Shown: piece by piece, positions 40,600-52,100 of the stretch
Layout: each line of letters starts with the position of its first letter
How positions within the stretch are numbered: position 1 is the first letter of the stretch
NCBI RefSeq assembly: GCF_022539665.2
Contig: NC_081331.1
Coordinates: 2,914,001 to 2,978,000, forward strand
DNA from: Daphnia carinata
Taxonomy: Eukaryota
DNA: 64,000 nt
Reading direction: 5' to 3'
Notes under the pieces: generated by a model
Seen by the model: the letters and a program-made list of their open reading frames with translations, nothing else
Databases searched by the model: none
Told to the model about the DNA's origin: nothing
Made by a program: the position numbers and the translations under genes

Positions 40600-42966
40600 A
40601 TGGCGGGATCGGATGGAGCCATCCTGCTGACGACGGCCAGGTGGAGCGGCAGCAGCGGGAGTGGTTCCTCGGGTCAATGCGAGGACTCGCCTCACGTTTA
40701 CCTTCACGATGTCGTCAAATCGGGCGAGTTGCCGCAACTGGTCCGCATCGTCAAGGGCTCTTACCTGGGCCTGGGCGCACCCTCTTTGCCCAATCCATCT
40801 CTGTCATCAACGGCCCTAGTGGCCTCGGCTGGTGTCAGTCTCCGACTGGCCGTCCAGTGCCTCAAATTCAAAGACAATCACAAGACGGTCAACGTCGGCC
40901 CAAAGTTGGCCATCCCCGAAACTTTCGACGGTTACTTTGAAATCCTCAATGAAGACGGACGGGCCGTCAGGGGCATCGAGTCGGTGAACGAGCTGGCACG
41001 CAAGTTTCCCGACTCTTGCCTCGTCCGTCAGAATATCAAAGTCTTCTACCAGCAGTCGACGGACAGCAGTGCCAAGTCGGCCGACCACGTTTGCCACAAC
41101 ATCACCGAGCGCTCGCGGACGCTGAACGCAGGCGAGCTCCTCGTGTTGGTGGGCGAAGTGAGCAGCGGGGGTCTCCTCTCGCCGTCCAGCGCTGGCCAGC
41201 GCTACTTGCGCTGCCTGGACTCGAGAGGCGACCACGTTTACCTGCCGATGGACATGCGGGCCAAATTCAGCGCCGTCGCCAAAGAGGACAACCAACAGGG
41301 CATCAGCGGCGTCCATCGCATCCGCGCCCTCCTCAACAAACGGCTCCCGTTGACCGTGAGAATGGTGTCGGGCAGCCCGCCAGCCGGACTGAAAATCGGC
41401 CAACAATTCTGCTACGAAATGCGGCTCCTGGCCAGTTTTAAAGAAGAGATGATCGTGGCTATGCCTTTGGGTGTCAACCAGGCCAAAACGTCGACCGATG
41501 GGCCGGGGGTAGTCATCATCCCGCCGACCGTTTCGCTCAAACTCCAATTGCCCGTTAACCGACAGACCCTCAAGGCTACCAAGGAATTCGCACGGATGAC
41601 GGAGCGCTGCCTACACCAGTACGGCCTCCTCTCGGACCGCATCCAGGTCTACGACGCCCATTTCAGCAAGAACTTGCGCTTCGACGGGCAGCACTGGCGG
41701 GTGCCCGTCCCGCTGCTCCTGGCTCCGCTCAGACGGAGCACCTCAGACCTGATCCAATCGATCACCGGACACGGCGGCAACAGGAAACATTCGCCCGAGA
41801 GTTCCATGAACGTCCTACAGTCACTGACGACCGAAGAATTGCCCGAAGCGGACGAAGACGGCCAGCAGGACGAGCTGCCGGTCGAGTACGACGAGATCGA
41901 CCAGATCTACGACTACATCCGCGGTTTCGCCCCACTGCCCAAGAACCTGAAGACGTCGTCGTCGACCTACGACATCTTCAACGAATCCAACCGGAGTAAC
42001 AGGAAGTCGGAGCAGCGTCGCAACCTCTACAACAAAATGGTCGTCGGTAAGAACACGTCCGAGTACAGTCATCAGCAAAAAATTCCAGTCAACGCCAGTC
42101 AAAAATGCAAACCGGTTCCGCCTCCGCTGGAAACGATTCCGACTCACCGGAACCGGATCAACAGCCACAGTAAGGAGGTCATCAGCAGTGCCGTGTCCAC
42201 CGAGAAAGAGGAGCAGGTCCACAACAATAGCACGGCCGTGACCAGCATCGCGGTGAATCACGGCGCTTCGTCGCCCGAACCTGTTGCCAAACCGCGCATG
42301 TACAGACAGCGCAGCGCCCTGGCCGCAGGCGCCGCCCCATCGGCTGCCGTCCAGCGGCTTTACAGCAAGAATCCGGCGGCGGTAGTGATACACCGTTCGC
42401 CCGGCATGCTGAGTCCGGCCGAGAGCAAGCAATCGCTGACTCCGTCGCCTCTTTTCAACATCCGCTACAAGTCGATGACGAATTTACTGGCCGCTTCGGC
42501 TGCCGACTCGGACACTTTGGGGTCCAGCCAGAGCGGGGGTCGGTGTTCGGGCGGATCGGCCGGATCCGCCGCCGTCCGGTCGCCGCATCACCCGAACCAG
42601 CAGCGCCTTCATCATCACGCGCAGAAGCAGCATTACGCGAGGCAAGTGTCGGCGCCGCCAGTGTCACAACACCGGCTGTTCCAGCTACATCGACCGCGAT
42701 CGCTGACTGATTTACTGTGGGGCCGCAACAGCGAGAGCCAGCGCAACAATCGGTCGGCTAACACCAAATCGCCTTTGAAAATTCAATTGCACCCGACTGT
42801 GGTGGCTGATGTCATCCCGTCGAGTTCCAGCCGAACGTCTGGACCGAAAAGGGAGGTCGCCGGCCGTCGCCGACACTCGGGATCCAACCACCTGCTCAAT
42901 ACAGCCGCCGGAAATGGATCCAGCAGCACTACCACTAAGAAACACACCATCTTCTATCACCTGTAA
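40600..42966 (+). CDS. CABIT-domain adaptor protein, serrano (sano)/GAREM/THEMIS family, single exon, 788 aa
   Basis: Long GC-rich ORF with its first ATG at 40600 (AAGATGG context). The N-terminal half has LPQLVRIVKG, VQCLKF...LAIPETFDGYFEIL and the CABIT core YLRCLDSRGDHVYLPMDMRAKF, then LPLTVRMVSG. The C-terminal half is disordered, with EIDQIYDYIRG and PVPPP motifs. Family assignment is from recalled motif consensus. Confidence 0.8.
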   Translation: MAGSDGAILLTTARWSGSSGSGSSGQCEDSPHVYLHDVVKSGELPQLVRIVKGSYLGLGAPSLPNPSLSSTALVASAGVSLRLAVQCLKFKDNHKTVNVGPKLAIPETFDGYFEILNEDGRAVRGIESVNELARKFPDSCLVRQNIKVFYQQSTDSSAKSADHVCHNITERSRTLNAGELLVLVGEVSSGGLLSPSSAGQRYLRCLDSRGDHVYLPMDMRAKFSAVAKEDNQQGISGVHRIRALLNKRLPLTVRMVSGSPPAGLKIGQQFCYEMRLLASFKEEMIVAMPLGVNQAKTSTDGPGVVIIPPTVSLKLQLPVNRQTLKATKEFARMTERCLHQYGLLSDRIQVYDAHFSKNLRFDGQHWRVPVPLLLAPLRRSTSDLIQSITGHGGNRKHSPESSMNVLQSLTTEELPEADEDGQQDELPVEYDEIDQIYDYIRGFAPLPKNLKTSSSTYDIFNESNRSNRKSEQRRNLYNKMVVGKNTSEYSHQQKIPVNASQKCKPVPPPLETIPTHRNRINSHSKEVISSAVSTEKEEQVHNNSTAVTSIAVNHGASSPEPVAKPRMYRQRSALAAGAAPSAAVQRLYSKNPAAVVIHRSPGMLSPAESKQSLTPSPLFNIRYKSMTNLLAASAADSDTLGSSQSGGRCSGGSAGSAAVRSPHHPNQQRLHHHAQKQHYARQVSAPPVSQHRLFQLHRPRSLTDLLWGRNSESQRNNRSANTKSPLKIQLHPTVVADVIPSSSSRTSGPKREVAGRRRHSGSNHLLNTAAGNGSSSTTTKKHTIFYHL

Positions 42967-45929
42967 TAACAGCAACAACAACAACACATATGCCTTCTTC
43001 TTTTCTTGCCTGACCTTGTACTTTTTGTTTGTTTCTGTTCCGTGTGTGTCTGTGTGTATGTGTGTGTGTAAGGCGCTGTTTATTTCATTTGGTTTGCTTC
43101 ATCATCTTCTGTTTTGTGTTTTCTTTTTTTTTTTTTTTTTTTTTTTTAATGTTCCGGGGTTGTTATTTTTCCTTCTTGTTTCTTCTATTCCGCGTTCCAG
43201 CTTGAATTTTTGTTCTTTTTTTTCCTTCTTGGAATTGCCTTCCAAACACACACAAAAATGATCAGCGCTAAAAATCACTTCATCTTTAACGAAATGCCAC
43301 ATATGCAAGTTCTAATGTCAATCCTTTCTGAATAGGAAAGGTAATTATTAATATTTTGTTTCGATATTTTTCAAAATGCATTCGCGTCAGAGTCAAATGT
43401 CAACCTGTAGATTACGAGAGAGTGAAATCTAAACTTTAAACAAAACAAAAAAATATGAAGAAGAAAACGAAAGGGCAAACGGAAGTGGAATCACAACAAG
43501 AGAAAAGTAAATTTGTACTTAATTAAATTAAAAAAAATAATGCCGAGCCGTGTATCGTTACGTTTCTTCAACGCGTGTTTATTTTTGTCAGAGAAAATTG
43601 TTTTTTTTTTTTGGTTTGTTTTTTTTTTTTTTTTTTTTTGCGTGTCTTTCCACCGTTTGTTTCCTTGCCTCCTTGGGTGTCTTTTGTTGTCTTTGTAATA
43701 ATTTCGCATTTGCAACAACAAAAAAAAAAATAATAAATTTGAATTCGATTTCGAAACTATATGCAAATAACTCATTTTCAACATACACAGTTCTGGTCAT
43801 GCACGTTTAAAAAAAAAAATCAGATCTTTTGGACCAAGATTATTTCCAACCTCCATAGGGGAATTTTCCTTTTTTTTTACTTATCTTATCTTCTATTTGG
43901 AAAAGAGGAAGAGAAAAGCAAATTTTAGATAGGAAAAGATTAGAAACATATCTGAAAAAGCAGGGAGGGGGAGCCTCCAGTTCTTCAGGTGGAGGGTGAA
44001 GAAAAAAAAAAAAAAAAAAGAAATTCCCATTTGACACTTGTGCATCCATCGTCCTTCTTATTGTCCCACCTCTTCCATAAAGCCTTCCGCCATTAAGACT
44101 GCTACAGGTGACATATTGAACCAGGAAAAAAAAAAAAAAAAAAAGAAAACTGTCAGGACTTACGGCCGCTAAAGAAAGAATAAGTAACACAAAAGAACAA
44201 AATGTGAATAGTATCAAGTCGCCACAGCTGTTCTGGAACTCTTTTTTTTTTTTTTTTTTTTTCTTTAACCCACACACCCATAACAGCTTATGTATGCCAG
44301 TCTCTTCTTACCATCTCTCAAAAAATATATGTATCGTTTCTCTTTTTATTTCTTTGTATCACCCTACACATCTAAATACTTTATTTGTTGTCCATTTTGT
44401 TTTTCCCCATTTTCGCTGTGTGTACGTGCCCTGGAAGTTTAGCGCTATTATAACATCCCAAACTAAAGCAGGTTCAATTCTTCTTCTTTTATTTTATTTT
44501 TTTTTTTTTTTTTCCAACTCCAATGTAAATGAAGACGAAGGGAGCGGAGTAGGTCACCTCATTCCATTCCTTGTAAAGCGTGCGTTTCCCCGGCGTGCAA
44601 GACACGATCCCAGGGTAAGAGAGGAACGCTAGCAAAAGGTGAATATATAACAAACAAGGAGCAAGAAAATGAAAGAAAAAAAAGATAAATGTAATTTTAA
44701 CAAAAAGAGGTACTCCGAATGTCGGGAGTAAGACTCGTTTGAAGAACGGGTGACAGACGATGTTGTAACACAAAACCTGTCTGGAAATACGTTTTTCTTT
44801 CTTTTTTTTTTTTTTTTTTTTTAATCAACGTAAAACAACTTGGGTGTTTCTTTTTGGACGTATTTTGCATGTGGTAATAACAAAAAGAACCTTCGTTCAT
44901 TTTTTTTGTTTTGTTTTTTGTTTTTCTCCCTGGAAACAATTAAAGGCATGCTAGGGGCAGTTCAGGAGAAAACGAGGGTGTAACCATTTTTTCTTGAGGG
45001 CCTCAAAGGGGTTGATTGCCTCTCCCCTGTTTGTTGGTTTTATTCCACGCAGCTTGTTCCAGTTACATACGGAAAAAAAACGATGGGGGTGAAGACTCAT
45101 AAAAAGACAAAAAAAAAAAATTCTCTTTTGTCTGGAACATTTTCCAAGGACTCGCAGCAGCAGCCATGCCCAGAAGACATGGCGCATCTTCTCCATGTTT
45201 TTTTTTTTTTGTTTTTTTTCTGTTCATCTTCGTACAAAGACAATTTTCTTTTCGCTTCTCATAATGTTCTTTTTCATGGCTGTCTCTCCCCCGAGCTTCT
45301 GCTAAAAAAACACCTGACGTAGCTACTCTTTTTAATTTAGCATTAGTCGCGTCTTAAATAGTTTATGCACATAATGCAACAGCGTCCTTCAACCGCAAGA
45401 CAAACCCGGATGGCGAGATCATCCTAATGAAGAAAATATGGCAGTAAACATCATCTTTTTTCTTCCCTGTGTGTGTGTATTGTCTTTTGTTTAGTGTTGT
45501 AACTGCGGGAACATATTGAAGATGGCCCCAAAAAAAAATAAAAAATAAAAAAACAATAAGTCAATGCCAGAAAATGCGCGAGTGAATGCATGAATTGTAA
45601 TGAGACACTCATCTGCGTCGGTGACGTCAGCCACACGCATTCACTCTTTCGAACTCTGTCTGCTCAAAAGTGGAGAATCTTATTATATCTTAGCAGGTGG
45701 AAGGTTTTTTTATGTCTTAAAAATTTAGCTATTTTTTTTTTTTTTTTTTTGTTAGATGGCGAAATTCACAAATCACGTGCAGATGACCGAAAATGTGGCG
45801 GGCCTTGGCGCAATCAGTTTCCCCTAGGTCGAACGCGAGGCGGTCGCTGCCTTGTCACGCACGGGAATGAGGGTGTGTGCAACAGGTATTGTACGCGTTT
45901 CAATTGCAAGTATGCATTTTTCTCGAAGA

Positions 45930-45930
<1 letters not shown>

Positions 45931-45964
<34 letters not shown>
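45931..45964. repeat. (GA)n microsatellite
   Basis: Directly visible AG dinucleotide run with one interruption. Confidence 0.9.
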
Positions 45965-46154
45965 AGCGAGAATCCTCTAGATTTTGAGCGTGAGTTGGCC
46001 GTGCGTTCCTCTGAAATGGTGTGGGCGTCGCAAAAGAGCTACACACAAGGTCGTTTGCTTAATTTTTGATGAGAGCCCAGGTAAATCCCAGCGCCGGCTC
46101 CGACCGTGGGAGTATTAAAGCGGCTTCTTCTATATTCAACAGCAGGGTCGTATG

Positions 46155-46180
46155 TATATATATATATATATATATATATA
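46155..46180. repeat. (TA)n microsatellite
   Basis: Directly visible TA run. Confidence 0.9.
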
Positions 46181-49100
46181 AGAAACTCAAGTTAATACGG
46201 TAAACAGACAAAAGGGGAAAAGGAAGCGACTGATGAAGGCAAAAAGAAAGCTCACGTAAAAGGCGAATACGAGTAAGTGGCATAAAAAGATGAAACAAAA
46301 AAGAAAAAGAACAACAACAAAAATGCTCGACGTTCAGGTTGTATTTCCTTGTTTGTTCTTTTACCTACAGTATATATCTTTTTTTTTTTTTTTTTCTTTT
46401 TGAATCCAACTCGATTGTATAATAGGGGCCGTGAACGAGCCCAGTTATTATCGAATGATTATATAAAAAGGAAATCTTCCATCAGTAGAAGAAGGCCAGC
46501 GTTTTCAACGGGAGAAAGAACAACATCTTCCTCCTGTTGTATGCGCTAGCCGGTCACGAGGCTAATGAAAACAGCCATATCGCCATGTATGGTGAAGTTT
46601 CCCAATAATGGTTTTTAATGAACGACCGAGAGAAGTTTGGCTCTTTTCAACCTCTACCATAAAAGAAATATACAAAAGGGGCGTGTAAGAGACGAAAAGG
46701 GCGTCGTCCTTTCTGTCCCTTCCACGCAGATCAACTCCAAAAGAAAAAAAAAAAAAAAAAAAAATTGACAATACAAGAAAAAGAATTGGAGACACATGTG
46801 TTACACAGCGTGCGTACATCAGCTGACCGATGGCCTCGCAACATGGAAAACAAGAACCGGCGGGTTTCTTCTTCCTATACATCCTAAAAAAAAATCTGGG
46901 ATAGGTGCGTGACTCGGCGTCTTTTGGCGAATTTCCAAGGAAAAAAAAAAAAAAAAGTAAGAAACATACATCAGCATCGAATGAATGAAGGAATGATTCG
47001 AGTAGAATGTAAACGTGTCTGCACAGCTGTGTAGAATGAGAGAGAATTCCTGAAATATGACTAACATTACATTATTGAAACCTCGAATGGTTGACGCCAT
47101 TTCTTTTGAGATTGCCAAACAAAAAAAAAAACAGAAAAGATGTCTTTCTCTTGTTCAACACCAGGTATTTCAAGTAACACCAGAAAGACCACACGGAAAC
47201 AGGTTCGCCTGCATTGACTGCGAAAGCCAAATTGAAATAACTGATATGAACATTTTGGCTCCCCCCCCCCCCCTCTGCATGAACTCAATTCGATGGTGAA
47301 GAATGGCGATAAAACTATCGGCCTGTCCCCTCGTCTTGTTACATAACAGAAATCGATAGAAAATTCATTCGTGAAATTGGCTGGTCCCAGTAGTCGTTAC
47401 AACCATCACGATAACTCCTACGGTCTGCCATGTCGTCGTGCAAGTTCAACTACAATGGACACAAAATCAGCAACATCGAGCTGTGTCCAAAAGAAGAAGA
47501 AGATCGTGTTGTTGTGTGTGTGTGTGTCTCCGGGTCTGTGATGATGACGTCAAAAAATCTCGGTCACAGAACGTTTTCTCATGAGAGGAAATAGATGGAG
47601 CTCCTTTTTTAGGTGGCGGCCCCTTTTCTTCTTCCTATGGTAAAAAAAAAAAAAAAAAGAAGGGCGAAGAAGAAACGCGCATTATAACGTAACGGTACAC
47701 ACATAAGACCTTTAGCTATAGCAAAAAAAAAAAACTCAAATTGAGCGATGTGAAAAATTCAAAAGGCTGCGCGCAAAACGATATCGTAATGTTCGTCTGT
47801 TTTAAATAATAAAAATTGAAATGCCCTCGCTGGAACAAGTCGCAATCGATTCACGTACGGAATAATAAGGAGTTTGCAACGGTACACATGCAAAAGACGT
47901 TATGGGTGCACGTAACACGTCTATGTGTGTATGAGTTGCAACGATGACAAGAACAGAAACGTTTTTTATGGAGATATCAATCTATTGTTGTCTTTCACGA
48001 TTATGGCTTGTCGCTTTTCTTCTAAGAGAATTTTGTTTTTGTTTTTATTGTTTCCCAGTTTCCCAGGGTAATGTAGGCACACATGTAAACCGTTGGGTTT
48101 ACCTCCAAAGAGGTTTTGACTTGCTACAGCTCTTTTAAAAATCGAAATTGTGGTGGCTCTTCTCTTCGTCTTGTACGTACTTTTCTTTTTTCTTTTCTTT
48201 TTTTTTTTTTATAGTGTTGTACAAAGTTTTTGAGGCCGTGTGCACACACAAGATTCCGTTGCAACAGGGGCACAATTTATACGCACAAAAACCAACAACA
48301 ACGGGCCAAAGAAATGAACAACAAAAAAGACCGTTAAAAACCAAACGACCCTCGCAGACATGTTTAATTAGCCATTGCGTGATGATGTCAATGCCGAGCA
48401 TATTTTTTTTTTTTTTTTTATCTTCCTGCTCTACGTATGTGTGTCTACGAGAATCAGGTACTTGTGCGTGTAAATTTATTTATTTTTTTCTTCTTCTTCT
48501 TTTCTGTCAAGAGACACACACGAAAAAAATAGCAGCCGGGTAATAAGCAACGCATTTTTTTTTTTTCCTATCACGTTCTTCTTCTTCTTCTTCTTCCGGG
48601 TATTTCTTGCTCTTTTGCACGACATATACAAAAAGCGTTCCTCGTGAAAGGACGAGAGAAAAAAAAGATCGTGCACAGATTTTTTTTTTTTTTTTTTCGT
48701 AACATGTTTAGTCAGCGAGATATTGAATCCATGCGATGTTTGCGTGGCGACATCCATCAATTGTTCGTAGCCTTAAACAAACGTTTTGTATTCAATGTGA
48801 CTGGAAGTAGACAGGAACCCTTGTGCGCATTCACGATGATTTCCAAGTAAAATAAACGTGTCAGATTTCTGTTAGTGGCATTTTTTTTTTTCTCTTCCTC
48901 CGCTTGGAAAGAGACTTTGCAGATATCATCTGTGTGACATGCATTCCTTGTTTCGGTTCGTGGGTGCTGCCTTTTATACAGAATAAACAATACCAAAGGG
49001 GGTTCTTCCCTTTTTGCTTTTCTTTTTCAAGTTCCTACGATGCCGCAGAGGTCGAAAGTGGAACACACGAGGGTCTTCAACCTCAATCCCTCCTTCTTGA

Positions 49101-52100
49101 AGTTCGTGTTTACCTGCTCTACGTATATAGGCTGCGATGAGCACCGACGTCCCTAATATCAGTTGAAAAAACATATTAAAAAGGATAAAACCCTTTCGGT
49201 CGCTCCTCTCTTTTTACGACCCTCACAGAATTATAAAAAAAAAATATATACATATTTTTTTTTTTGTGAATCAAAAGACGGCGAATTCACCTTCGACCGT
49301 AATGCATACGTAATCTCAACTATTTTTTCATGAGCGTCGATTATCATTTGTTTTTTTTTCGTCGTTGGGGCTCCGATCGTGAAAAGCGACACACACAACA
49401 TTTTGGCTTTCAGGCATAGAAATGCGAAATATTAAGAGCCCTGTTTTTTTGTTTTTTTTTCACGAAGAGTCATCACGGGCCAGCCTATACATAAACGAAT
49501 GGATCATAACAGAAATTTAGACGAACCATAATAATCGTTCCTGTCGACCGGATTTCCCTTATTGTGTCAGCTAGATTTTCGCTTTTCAAAAAGAATAATA
49601 ATAATAAAAAAAAAAGGTCTCAGCAACCGAATAATGAATAGGACTCTGTGGGCAAGAGTTTGGGTGTCTCCATTCGGGTTTCATCAAACTTTGTATTCTT
49701 TCCGAATATTCTTTACAGTTTTATGCCCCTTTTTTTTTTTGTATATCAGGTAGACGACCGACAGTCTTCCGCTGGTTTGCTTCGTATCCGGTTGTCGAAA
49801 GAGATCTCTGTTCAACGTTGGGCGATGAACAGAGAAAGGCGACGAAATCAACGGGTTGAATAGTTTTCCTAGGAGGAGGAGTAATTGACCTTCTCCCTTT
49901 ATTATTCATCGGCGCGTCAAGTTCCCGTTTTCTTCTCTTTTTTTTTTTTTCAGCCGCGTGATGATGACAATCCCGGCAAAAAGGACCCATAATAATGCAA
50001 TACGCCCCTTTATTCTTCTTCTGTATTTCTCACTCTTGACTGAGCCCTCCTTCCACCAGTTTGCTCCGACTGGATGAACTCAAGCGGAAATATGGCCTCC
50101 AGCTTCAATCAACCTTCATCGTATCTTATTTTTTTTTTTTTTTTTCCCTCTCTCACTGTTTCAATCTCGTTTTTTTTTTTGTGTGTGTGTGTTTCGAATA
50201 TAGCTAATTGCCGAACCCCATTTTTTGTTTTCATGAATTCATAAACTTGCGGAAGAGCCACACATGAGGCTGTAGAACCTGTTCGTACCTTCAAGTCTCT
50301 TGTATATAACATCTGACGGGAATAACTGGACCAGAACCGTTCGCGAAACGGATTGAAAACAATTCACGAAACTTCACGGACCATCCTCACGTACTGCATC
50401 TCCATATAAAGCTTCCCTACCCCTCTTAACAACAAACTAACTGTGTCGGATGGTGGAGAAATGAGATTGAAGTCAAGTTTTTTTTTTCCCTTTGCCCGGT
50501 TCTCTCCCGATCTATTGCCAAAGTGCCAATTCACGGCTGACCGGCTTAAAAGTCCTGTTAGGGATCCATAACAGTAGCGTTATTTTTTGTTCATGTAATT
50601 TTTCTTGTTAGTTTGTCTCGTTCTATTCACAAGAAAAAGAAAAAAAACAAAAAAAAAAACAATTTATCTCGTTGTCGCTATGAAACTGGCAAATATTTTG
50701 TGTTTTTCTTATTCTACTCTGTTTTTTTCTTCCAACAGCGACACGATGATGTTTATTTTATTTTTTCTCGACATTTCATTATCCTTTCGGCTAAATGGAG
50801 AGGAAACATCCTCAAATATATAATAAGTGTCCATTGATTGCTGGTCACCCGCTACGAGTCCCGTTGGGCGGCCCATTGTTCGCGTATCGGGGCACACGGG
50901 GTAGACGATGAGCTAAATCAGTTGTCATCGATCAACAACTTTTTTTTTTTATATATACACACCCCAAAATGATCGCCATCCTTGTATATATTTGTCTCTC
51001 TGTGCCTAACGTTCGATTGCACGGTTCATTTATTATCTTTGCAATGTGTTTACAGTAATACTATCATTGAATGATATCAATAAAACGAGAATAAACATGG
51101 GCGAAACGGAGATTTTTGTCAAAAATAGCGGGGTGCCCTGGAATATCAACGTGTTCGGTTCTGCCATTTTTTTAAATGTTGCTGAAAAAAAAAAGGAAAA
51201 TGTTGATAATTGAATCGTTGGACAATGGGAAAGAGAAGACCTTAATAGAAGGGCTGGACACTGGAATGGCTGGTTCTCTTCGCCATTGTCTAATTCACCA
51301 TTTTTGAGGCTAGTCATTTCAATTAATAGTGCCGTTTCATCCCGTAGCAGGATTCACGACGTTCGCCTCTGACTTAAAAAAAAAAAAAAACAAGAGGATC
51401 GAATCAACATCCCTAAAAAAGTTTGGGGTAAATGGCCGGACAGTTAACATAGACTAATGCATATAAAACACATGGCAAACTTAAAAAAAAGAAAAGGGAA
51501 CAAATTGAAAATGGAACGCTCCAAACGAAGACGATGACATTTAAAAAACAAGAAAATCATCTAACGGTAGAATAACAATCCGCTGCGTGTAATGGACAAT
51601 GAAAAAGAAAAGGACGTGAAATAAATTTGTTTTTTTTTTACGTTATGAATAAAGACACCGTTGTATGAGAAACTGAGTATACCTGTCTATACCTCCTATC
51701 GTCAATTTATTGATTTATTGCCGTTAAAATAAAAGAAATGTTTCGTGCCATGGCGAATCGATTTGACCGCTCAGCTGTTCGAGAAAAGCCCTGCACGTAA
51801 AAAAGGTTTTCTTTTGCTTTAATAAGTCTCTTAAACAGACGCACACGCAGCCTCTTTTCAATTAGACTGGCCTCTCGCAGATTGCTTCACCTTTTCTTCA
51901 CGACCTTTTTCTTTATGAGTGATAGTACTTTCCAAAAAAATGGCATCGCCGTAACGCTCTCCAGAAAACCCATCTACAACCATGCAATCTTAATTGCTGT
52001 AATTGTAAAAAATAAAAAAAAAAAATGAAGGTAACATATCCTCCAAGACTAACATACACGTAGAGATGGATGATCTGATAGTGTGCGCATATTAGGATAT

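Noticed and set aside
40816..42432. Long antisense and alternate-frame ORFs (243 aa, 203 aa) over the CABIT gene
   Set aside because: Expected shadow ORFs of a GC3-rich coding sequence, with no recognisable motifs.
47430..47584. ~50-codon ORF MSSCKFNYNGHKISNIELCPKEEED...
   Set aside because: Runs into a GT microsatellite, with no homology or splice support visible.
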